Shown piece by piece: positions 21,874-29,800 of a DNA stretch of 64,000 nt (position 1 is its first letter; each line of letters opens with the position of its first letter). The DNA comes from Flavobacterium sp. (lineage in GTDB: Bacteria > Bacteroidota > Bacteroidia > Flavobacteriales > Flavobacteriaceae), in contig DAIRDG010000009.1 in NCBI GenBank assembly GCA_036796275.1, positions 1,911 to 65,910 of the forward strand. Reading direction: 5' to 3'. The notes under the pieces are model-generated. The model made no database searches. It was not told the origin of the DNA and saw nothing but the letters and a program-made list of their open reading frames with translations. Made by a program: the position numbers and the translations under genes.

Positions 21874-22547
21874 ATATTGTTGATTTGGTGTTGTTTGTTT
21901 AAAATTTTTACAAAAACATCTCGGTCTATTTCAAAAGCTCCTAAATGAGCCAGGTGGTCATTATAAACTTGGCAGTCTAATAATTGGTAATTGTCTTGTT
22001 TTAATTTGTTGATAAGTGATACAAAAGCCACTTTACTGGCATTGCTTACCAATGAAAACATGCTTTCACCCGTAAAAACATGGCCTAAATCTACACCATA
22101 TAAACCTCCTACTAAGGTTTCATTTTGCCACACTTCTACAGATTTTGCATAGCCAATCTTGTGCAAATCTAAGTAACTTTCTATCATTTGGTCTGTTAGC
22201 CAAGTGCCATCTTGTCCTTTTCTTTTGGCCTTTTGGCAATGATAAATAACGGCTTTAAAGTCTTCATTAAAGGTTACCTTAAAAACCCTTTTGTTTATTG
22301 TTTGTTGAACGGTTTTATGGGGTTTATACCAACCGGGCACCACTACCATCCGCTTAGGAGGAGCCCACCATAGCACAGGTTCGCTTTCAGAAAACCAAGG
22401 AAAAATACCTAATGAATAGGCCAAAAGTAAGCGTTCTCTTGATAAATCGCCACCATAGGCCAAGATACCCTCTTTACTTGCTGCGTCTAATGGGGGAAAA
22501 AATAATGATTTAGAATTTATAAAATGCATAAAAAAATACCTAGGCAA
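21870..22547 (-). CDS. aat: Leucyl/phenylalanyl-tRNA--protein transferase
   Basis: 225 aa. Contains GGDLSRERLLLAYSLGIFPWF and GESMFS motifs. Confidence 0.85.
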   Translation of the reverse strand: MPRYFFMHFINSKSLFFPPLDAASKEGILAYGGDLSRERLLLAYSLGIFPWFSESEPVLWWAPPKRMVVVPGWYKPHKTVQQTINKRVFKVTFNEDFKAVIYHCQKAKRKGQDGTWLTDQMIESYLDLHKIGYAKSVEVWQNETLVGGLYGVDLGHVFTGESMFSLVSNASKVAFVSLINKLKQDNYQLLDCQVYNDHLAHLGAFEIDRDVFVKILNKQHQINNI

Positions 22548-22636
22548 AATGCAAAGGTATCTTAAAGATTATTAATCTGAAAACTTGAATTTTATTTTAA
22601 CGTTAGATTAAATACTAAAACACAGTTAACTCAAAA

Positions 22637-23023
22637 TTAAAACGGCAAATCATCATGATCTGCAGGATTAAAATCTGTAGCCGCTTGAAATTTTGGACTG
22701 TTGTCTGAAATAGTTTGAACAGGTGGTGGCACCGAACCCGTGTTTGCTGCAAGCTTTTCTATTCTCCAACCCTGAATGTCGTTAAAGTATTTGGTTTCGC
22801 CTTGTGGACTTACCCATTCTCTCCCTCTTAAATTGATAGAGATTTTCACTTGTTCGCCCACCTGATACGTGTCTAGTAAATCACACTTATCTTGTGTAAA
22901 GGTTACCGAAATAAATTGCGGATATTGTTCTTCGGTTGTAACTACTACACTTCTTTTTTTAAATCCGTTACTGCCCACTTCTTGCGTAGGTTCAATAAGT
23001 TTAATTTTTCCTAAAACTTCCAT
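22637..23023 (-). CDS. DUF3127 domain protein (OB-fold-like)
   Basis: 128 aa. MEVLGKIKLI...GFKKRSVVVTTEEQYPQ...ISINLRGREW...YFNDIQGWRIE matches my recollection of the DUF3127 family. Confidence 0.55.
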   Translation of the reverse strand: MEVLGKIKLIEPTQEVGSNGFKKRSVVVTTEEQYPQFISVTFTQDKCDLLDTYQVGEQVKISINLRGREWVSPQGETKYFNDIQGWRIEKLAANTGSVPPPVQTISDNSPKFQAATDFNPADHDDLPF

Positions 23024-23038
23024 ATGCTTAAAATTTGA

Positions 23039-23917
23039 TTACTTTTTATTGGCCAAGAGTACTTTCCAAGCACTCCAAGCATCTTGCTGATTTAAATAGT
23101 CTTTAGCTATTGCAAACAAAGCCTCATCATCTGCCTGATTTATAGCTTCTTGAATATTTTTGTTTTGTGCTACAAATATATCAATTTCTTCTTTATCAGG
23201 AAATTTTTCTGAGTTTCCTAACAAGCCTAAATCATTACCCGAAAAAAAAGTATTTGCTTTGATGTATTCCGGTATGGCATCTACTCCAATGCCTAAGGTT
23301 GATATAGGTTTTGGAATTTCAAACAACCCTTGGTTGGCTCTTGAATACCAATTGCCTCCCATTCTTGATACCAAATCTATTTTGTGCTGATCTATATTGC
23401 CCGCTTCGTTTAATACTTTTTCTGAAATATGAACTTTTAGGACTTCGCAAATAACCAAATTACCCGCACCTCCTTGGTCTCCTAATGCAATAATTTGATT
23501 CACTTTGCATTCAAATTGCACAGGGCTTTCTGCAACTCTATAAGGCTTTATGGTGTCTGATTTTAACATGCTAAGGCCCGATTTTACAAATTCATTTACC
23601 CCATCAGGATACTCTGTGCTAGAAAGACTCATTTGTTGCACAATATCATAGTTAACCACGTTAATCACCACTTCTTTTTGGGCTTCGCAGTTAATCAGGG
23701 TGTGCTTGGTGGTGTTATCTCTTACCCGTCTGGCAGGTGAAAACACCAAAATTGGCGGGTTGGCACTAAACACATTAAAAAAACTAAACGGCGATAAATT
23801 GGGCACGCCATTTACACTCAGTGTGCTTGCAAAGGCAATTGGCCTTGGGCCAACAGAACTTTGTAAAATGGCCTGCATTTGAACGGGACTAAGGTTTGAG
23901 GTATCAAAACTCTTCAT
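23039..23917 (-). CDS. Flavin reductase family protein
   Basis: 292 aa. The N-terminal ~200 aa resemble the flavin reductase-like FMN-binding split barrel (RPIAFAST...NLSPFSFFN). Confidence 0.68.
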   Translation of the reverse strand: MKSFDTSNLSPVQMQAILQSSVGPRPIAFASTLSVNGVPNLSPFSFFNVFSANPPILVFSPARRVRDNTTKHTLINCEAQKEVVINVVNYDIVQQMSLSSTEYPDGVNEFVKSGLSMLKSDTIKPYRVAESPVQFECKVNQIIALGDQGGAGNLVICEVLKVHISEKVLNEAGNIDQHKIDLVSRMGGNWYSRANQGLFEIPKPISTLGIGVDAIPEYIKANTFFSGNDLGLLGNSEKFPDKEEIDIFVAQNKNIQEAINQADDEALFAIAKDYLNQQDAWSAWKVLLANKK

Positions 23918-23959
23918 GATAAAAATTTAGAGGAAGTAAAGTTAAAAAATCTTACCGAT

Positions 23960-24493
23960 TTATTGGGGATTTAAATACAAATCTATTAACCCTTGTGGAG
24001 CTTTGATGTAAAAAACCTGATTTTTTTTGTCTACTTTTTCTATGAATTCATCAATAAGTGGTAATAAAATTTGAGTTTGGTTGTGTTCAATTTCTAACAA
24101 AACTTGCACCCCAGAATCATTTACAGATTTAATGTTGCCAACAGAGCCATAAACAGCATCTTTTACCTTAAAGCCAATGATTTCATGATAATAGAACTGC
24201 TCATCTGATAATTTTGGCAAAAACGCCAAGGGCAAATAAACCTCTTTGTTCAATAATTCTTCTGCTTGTTGTTCAGAATTAACGTCGTCAAACTTTACCC
24301 TTAAAAATTTAATTTTGTGAATCTGAGATTTTTCTATAAAAAAAGGAACCAGTGTTTCATGAAAATCTATGAAAACTGATTCCAATTTTTTGTATAAGTG
24401 TACTTCATCTGTATCTAAATAAATGAGTACTTCTCCTTTGAAACTAAATTTTTTAGCAACTTTACCTAAGTAAAAACATTGCTCTTTAGTCAT
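23960..24493 (-). CDS. rimM: 16S rRNA processing protein RimM
   Basis: 177 aa. RimM-like N-terminus (LGKVAKKFSFKGEV) and PRC barrel C-terminus, directly downstream of rpsP. Confidence 0.85.
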   Translation of the reverse strand: MTKEQCFYLGKVAKKFSFKGEVLIYLDTDEVHLYKKLESVFIDFHETLVPFFIEKSQIHKIKFLRVKFDDVNSEQQAEELLNKEVYLPLAFLPKLSDEQFYYHEIIGFKVKDAVYGSVGNIKSVNDSGVQVLLEIEHNQTQILLPLIDEFIEKVDKKNQVFYIKAPQGLIDLYLNPQ

Positions 24494-24504
24494 ATTAACT
24501 AAAA

Positions 24505-25050
24505 TTATTCTTTGGTTTCTTCTTCTGCAGCTGCTGCTTCTTCAGCCACTTCTGGTGTTGCTTCTTCAGCCACAACATCTTCTACAGCAGGGGTTTCTTC
24601 AACCACAACTTGTGACGCTGCTCTTTTAGCATTAGCTTCTTTTTCAGCTTGTAAAGCTTTGGCTTTATCTTGGTCTTTTTTGCTCATCAAACCATCTACT
24701 TTGGCCTGAATTTTTGCTTCTTTTTCTGTTAACCAAGCTTCAAATTTTGCGTCTGCTTGCTCTTGTGTTAAAGCTCCTTTTCTGATACCACCATCTAAAT
24801 GTAATTTTAACATGGCTCCTTTATAAGACAATATTGCTCTGGCAGTGTCTGTTGGTTGAGCTCCGTTTTTTAACCATTTTACCGATGAATCAACGTTCAA
24901 ATCGATGGTTGCAGGATTGGTGTTTGGGTTATAAGTTCCTAGTTTTTCTAAAAACTTACCATCTCTTTTTGATCTAGAATCTGCTGCTACAACCCAAAAG
25001 AATGGTTTCCCTTTTTTTCCGTGTCTTTGTAATCTAATGCGTACTGGCAT
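24505..25050 (-). CDS. rpsP: 30S ribosomal protein S16 with a long Lys/Ala/Glu-rich C-terminal extension
   Basis: 181 aa. MPVRIRLQRHGKKGKPFFWVVAADSRSKRDGKFLEKLGTYNP is canonical S16. Residues ~100-181 are low complexity. Confidence 0.95.
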   Translation of the reverse strand: MPVRIRLQRHGKKGKPFFWVVAADSRSKRDGKFLEKLGTYNPNTNPATIDLNVDSSVKWLKNGAQPTDTARAILSYKGAMLKLHLDGGIRKGALTQEQADAKFEAWLTEKEAKIQAKVDGLMSKKDQDKAKALQAEKEANAKRAASQVVVEETPAVEDVVAEEATPEVAEEAAAAEEETKE

Positions 25051-25065
25051 AATTTTTATTTTTTG

Positions 25066-25108
25066 GAGGTTCCCGACCTCTGTTAATAATAGTTTGGGTT
25101 CTCGACCC
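25066..25108 (-). promoter_or_regulatory. Two similar small hairpins in the rpsP 5' leader (candidate ribosomal-protein leader)
   Basis: Minus-strand sequences GGGTCGAGAACCC (25096..25108) and GAGGTCGGGAACCTC (25066..25080) share the core GGTCGrGAACC. They lie between a TAnnTTTG box and the rpsP ATG. Confidence 0.4.
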
Positions 25109-25121
25109 TATTTTGGGACTG

Positions 25122-25129
25122 CAAAGATA
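25122..25129 (-). promoter_or_regulatory. Bacteroidota-type -7 promoter box (TATCTTTG) for rpsP-rimM
   Basis: The minus strand reads TATCTTTG, matching TAnnTTTG, about 70 nt upstream of the rpsP ATG. Confidence 0.4.
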
Positions 25130-25257
25130 ATTTTTATTTGATAATCTGCAATTAAAAATTATTGTTTTTTTGTTAAGTGCTTATTTGGTCGTTTCGCTAC
25201 TTAACGAAGGCTGGGATTTTGAATTACAAATGAAACAATTGCTGCAAATACAGAAGA

Positions 25258-25321
25258 GAACATCCCGCTGCATCTTTACTGTAATCCGCCGCTTAAGCCA
25301 GGTGGCTATTAGGCGATGTTC
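25258..25321 (-). terminator. Large GC-containing imperfect hairpin just 3' of the small ORF; candidate terminator or structured RNA
   Basis: GAACATC (25258..25264) pairs with GATGTTC (25315..25321). Nested inside are CGCC/GGCG and AGCC-ACCT-GGCT. On the minus strand it is followed by TCTCTTCTGTATTT, which is pyrimidine-rich but not a clean U-tract. Confidence 0.3.
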
Positions 25322-25323
25322 AT

Positions 25324-25476
25324 TTATTCAGGCTTTATTTTTACTATTTTATTGTCACGTAAAATAACGAGCTCGCTATTTTTCATTTTCTTGAATTCTA
25401 AAAGTTTTTCATACACTTTTTCAAGTCCTTTTAGTATTTTGTTTTTTTCTTCAATATGTTTTTCAGTATTTGTCAT
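25324..25476 (-). CDS. Small 50-aa protein overlapping the 3' end of the zeta-toxin-like gene (candidate cognate antitoxin/partner)
   Basis: Manual translation gives MTNTEKHIEEKNKILKGLEKVYEKLLEFKKMKNSELVILRDNKIVKIKPE, with ATG at 25476 and TAA at 25326..25324. It overlaps the upstream ORF stop by 14 nt and is below the ORF-track size cutoff. Confidence 0.45.
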   Translation of the reverse strand: MTNTEKHIEEKNKILKGLEKVYEKLLEFKKMKNSELVILRDNKIVKIKPE

Positions 25477-26053
25477 AGTAATTTTTAAAAAGATTAAACT
25501 TGTCAGTGTTTATAACATTCAATGAATTGTCTTTTTGTTTGTCTGCAATCAATTCGTGCTGTGCTTCAGAATTATCAAAAATAAATGCTCCGTCAACGAT
25601 TGGAAGATAAATGTTGAACAAATTCTTAATTCCTCTGATATACCTTCTTTCAATAATTGAAGCCTTGATATTGTGCCCACCTTCCAAAACCCTAATTTTT
25701 ACACGCTCTTTAGCTAACTCAATGTTTTGGAGCCAAAAGAATAATAATATTACTCGATAACCTTTATTTTTTGCTTCCTCAATTTTGATTTTACATCTTT
25801 TGGTTTATAAAGTTGTTTCAAATGCAAAATTTTCGTTTTCAGAAAGCAGTTCATTAATTCTGTTTAACATTATTCGTCCAGCTTCAAAAGAAACTTTTTC
25901 GGGCTGAAAAGGCGAGAGTCCTTTAGCTATTTCGTCTGCATTCACAAATTCTTTACAATCTAAAATTTCAGGCAAAATCGTAAACGATGCAGTTGTTTTT
26001 CCTGCTCCATTACAACCTGATATTATGTAAAGTTTTTTATCATTCACATGCAA
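25463..26053 (-). pseudogene. Zeta-toxin-like / AAA P-loop kinase family gene interrupted by a single in-frame TAA
   Basis: Track ORFs 25805..26053 (Walker A GCNGAGKTT) and 25463..25687 are in the same frame. The 39 codons between them (TKRCKIKIEEAKNKGYRVILLFFWLQNIELAKERVKIRV) contain no stop. The only interruption is TAA at 25805..25807. The reconstructed product is ~196 aa. Confidence 0.75.
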
Positions 26054-26165
26054 ATCTACAAATTATTTTATATAATACCTGATCATGTTTTCCGAGTATT
26101 TATGTGACAGCACATCACCTTAGTAAATTATTTTGCTTAAAATTAGGTAGTTTTTTAAAAAAAAC

Positions 26166-26173
26166 TATTTTTG
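26166..26173 (+). promoter_or_regulatory. -7 promoter box TATTTTTG
   Basis: Matches TAnnTTTG, 23 nt upstream of the ATG at 26196. Confidence 0.4.
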
Positions 26174-26195
26174 TAATACCTATTTATATTTTAAA

Positions 26196-26678
26196 ATGAA
26201 AAAATTTTTAAGTCTTTTGTTTGCCTTTGTTATGCTAACTGCATGTCAGGAAAACTTAGAAAGAAATGAGCCTGCTTTTCAGGCAGAACAAGATGGTGTG
26301 TTTTGGAGAGCCCTCTCTAGCACTGCAACAATAAACCCCAATGGTACTTTATCTATCAAAGCCTTTACTGCTTTTGAAGAAGTTGAGCTCACCTTTCCGT
26401 CTACTGCTCCCGGCAGCTATGCCTTAGGTGAATCTGATTTAGCCAAAGCAACTTATAAATTCACAAGCCAAGATTTAACCGCTTTTTATGAAACTGGCAA
26501 CGGTATTGGTGGCGGTGGAGAGCTTACCATCACGGCTAACAACATTGCCTCAGACGGCACCATTATTGCTGAGTTTCGCTTTAGGGCTATTAAAACTTCA
26601 GGCAGTTCATTTATTCCAAATGGCACTCAAAAAACCTTTACAAAAGGCTGGATTTATAAAGTAAAAGTAACCCCTTAA
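26196..26678 (+). CDS. Hypothetical lipoprotein
   Basis: 160 aa. Lipobox LTAC followed by acidic QENLE. Predicted beta-rich, with no catalytic motif recognised. Confidence 0.6.
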   Translation: MKKFLSLLFAFVMLTACQENLERNEPAFQAEQDGVFWRALSSTATINPNGTLSIKAFTAFEEVELTFPSTAPGSYALGESDLAKATYKFTSQDLTAFYETGNGIGGGGELTITANNIASDGTIIAEFRFRAIKTSGSSFIPNGTQKTFTKGWIYKVKVTP

Positions 26679-26758
26679 GTTGTTGTGGTTATTTAAAAAC
26701 GATTTACTTTAATCTGCATTTCTAATTGTTATATTGTTAGCTTTTTGAGCAAACAGCG

Positions 26759-26796
26759 TTTATCAACAAACTTATTTTTTATGTTTTGTTGATAAA
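26759..26796. repeat. 12-bp perfect inverted repeat containing DnaA-box-like TTATCAACA / TGTTGATAA
   Basis: TTTATCAACAAA (26759..26770) and TTTGTTGATAAA (26785..26796) are separated by 14 nt, between the lipoprotein gene and dnaE. Confidence 0.6.
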
Positions 26797-26868
26797 AAAT
26801 CTGAGAACAAGGGTCTATTTTTTCTATTTTTGAAATGAGTTTTTACTTAAAAAAATTCCCTTTGTTTT

Positions 26869-29800
26869 ATGTTTTTAATCTTTGATACCGAAACCACCGG
26901 ATTACCAAAAAGCTTTTCTAAACCCATAACCGATACCGACAATTGGCCGAGATGTGTGCAGATAGCATGGCAAATTCATGATGCGTTTGGTAACTTAATA
27001 GAGCACCAAGACTTTTTAATAAAACCCGATGGATTTAATATCCCGTTTGATGCCGAAAAAATTCATGGTATTTCTACAGAATTAGCAGAAAACAATGGGG
27101 TGCCCATAGCCGAGGTTTTATTGGCCTTTAACAAGAGTTTGCAACTATGCACTTATGTTGTTGGGCACAATGTGGGGTTTGACCTCAACGTGATGGGCTG
27201 TGAGTTTTTTAGACATCAAACCACCACTAATCTCACTGCTTTGCCCGTGCTAGATACGTGTACTGAGCACACCGCCAATCTGCTAAAACTGCCTGGTGGC
27301 AAAGGAGGTAAGTTTAAGTTACCTACACTTACCGAGTTATATGTTTTCTTGTTTGACGAGACATTTGCAGAAGCTCATAATGCCACCGCCGACGTAGAAG
27401 CTACTAGCCGATGTTTCTTGGAGTTGTTGAGAAGAGAGCTTTTAGATAAACAAGAGCTCAGCTGGACTGCAGAAAATTTTAGATTGTTTGTAGAACACAA
27501 CCCAAAGGTTATTCCGCTTGTGGGGCTAAAGCATCTAAACCTCAAAGAAGCCTCTGAGAAACTAAAAAAAGAAAATGCTTCTGGTAACACCATTTCAAGT
27601 GAAAAAGTGTCACATAATTCCAATTTATTACAAGACACTTCTTTTTGTCATTTGCATGTTCATTCGCAATTCACCGTTTTGCAGTCTACCATCTCTATTG
27701 CTCAACTAATTAAAAAAACCAGCCAGTACGGTATGCCTGCCGTTGCCCTCACAGATTCTGGCAATATGATGGGGTGTTTTCACTTTGTGAGAGATGTTTT
27801 AAACTATAACAAAGACCTTGATAAAACCAATCAAAAGCTGATAGAGGAAGGCAAAGAACCCATTAAACCCATTAAACCCGTTGTGGGCATAGAACTTAAC
27901 GTTTGTGAAGACCATACCAATAAAACCATTAAAGACAATGGCTATGCCATGGTGTTTTTGGCCAAAAACAAAAATGGCTATCATCAATTGGCCAAAATGT
28001 CGTCTATAGCTTATACCCAAGGGTTTTATTATGTGCCAAGAATAGACAAAAAAGTGGTGGCCGAACACAAAGATGATATCATTGTTTTGTCCGGTGCTTT
28101 GAATGGTGAAATTTCAGGTAAACTTTTAAATCTTGGCGAGCAACAAGCCAAAGACGCTCTGTTTTGGTGGAAATATGAATTTGATGAAGACTTTTATCTA
28201 GAAATTAACCGACACAACACCCCTGAGGATAACTTCATAAATCCTACACTTATCAGCTGGTCCAAAGAACACCAGGTAAAACTCGTGGCAACCAACAATG
28301 TGTTTTATGCCAACAAAGAAGACTCGGCAGCCCATGATATTTTGTTGTGCGTAAAAGAAGGAGAAAAACAAGCCACACCCATTGGCAAAGGAAGAGGCTA
28401 CCGGTTTGGATTGCCCAACAGTGAGTTTTATTTTAAATCTCCAGATGAAATGAAATCATTGTTTTTAGATATTCCTGAAGCTGTTTTCAACATTCAAGAG
28501 ATTATAAATAAAGTCGAGATTTTTGATTTGGCCCGTGAGGTTTTGTTGCCAAAATTTGATATCCCAAAAGAATTTATTTCCGTTGAAGACATCAATGATG
28601 CTGGCAAAAGAGGTGAAAATAATTATTTAAAACACCTTGCCTACATTGGGGCACAAAACAGATACCAAACCATTGATGAAGATATCAGAGAACGCATAGA
28701 TTTTGAATTAGAAATTATAGAAAAAACGGGCTATCCGGGTTATTTTTTAATTGTTCAAGATCTAATTGCTGCTGCCAGAAACATGGGAGTGTCTGTAGGG
28801 CCCGGCAGAGGCTCGGCCGCAGGCTCGGTGGTGGCTTATTGTTTGGGCATCACCAATATCGACCCGCTAAAGTATAACTTGCTTTTTGAGAGATTCCTAA
28901 ACCCCGACAGGGTATCTATGCCAGATATTGATATTGATTTTGACGATGAAGGCCGCAGTAAAGTAATGAAATATGTAATCGATAAATATGGTCAGAATCA
29001 GGTGGCTCAAATTATTACTTACGGAAAAATGGCCACCAAATCAGCCATAAGAGATACGGCTAGGGTGCTAGACTTGCCCCTGTTTGAAGCCGACAAAATA
29101 GCCAAACTGATTCCGAATATGATGCCAAGTAAATGGAATTTGAGCAGGTTTTTGTCTGAAAACGAAGCAGAAATTAAAAAGGCTGTAAGATCAGACGATT
29201 TTGAAAAAATTAAAGAACTCATTACCATTACACAAGAAGCCTCCTTGGCTTCAGACACCATACAGCAAGCCAAAGTAATTGAAGGGTCTTTAAGAAACAC
29301 GGGCATACATGCCTGTGGAGTTATTATTACCCCTGATGCCCTCACCAAGTTTGTACCCGTTGCCACGGCCAAAGATTCTGATTTGTTTGTAACCCAATTT
29401 GACAACTCGGTAGTAGAAAGTGCCGGTTTGCTCAAAATGGATTTTTTGGGTCTAAAAACCTTAACCCTGATTAAAGACTCTGTAAAACTAATTAAATACA
29501 TTCACGGCATAGACCTCAACCCAGATGAATTTTCAATAGACGACACCAAAACTTATGAGCTTTTTCAACGGGGAGAAACCGTTGGAATTTTTCAGTACGA
29601 ATCTGCCGGAATGCAAAAATATCTGAGAGACCTTAAACCAACCGTTTTTGCCGATCTTATTGCCATGAATGCTCTATACAGGCCTGGTCCTTTAGAATAC
29701 ATCCCGACGTTTGTGAAAAGAAAAAATGGCGAAGAGGCCATTACTTATGATTTACCAGATTGCCAAGAATTTCTTGAGGAAACTTATGGCATTACTGTTT

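Noticed and set aside
25130-25325. Possible SRP (4.5S), 6S, tmRNA or RNase P RNA gene
   Set aside because: I could not find the diagnostic sequences on either strand: the SRP GGAAGCAGC/AGGUC loop, the tmRNA GGGGCUG...CCACCA ends or the RNase P GAGGAAAGUCC. It is retained only as an unassigned structured segment in the findings.
25170-25525. Plus-strand ORFs 25170..25367 and 25316..25525
   Set aside because: They run through the hairpin-rich non-coding segment and run antisense to the small 50-aa ORF. They show no motif, an odd composition and no promoter-like box.
26103-26120. TGTGA-N7-TCAC CRP/FNR-like or operator-like dyad upstream of the toxin-like gene
   Set aside because: Only 4-5 bp arms with non-canonical spacing, which is easily expected by chance.
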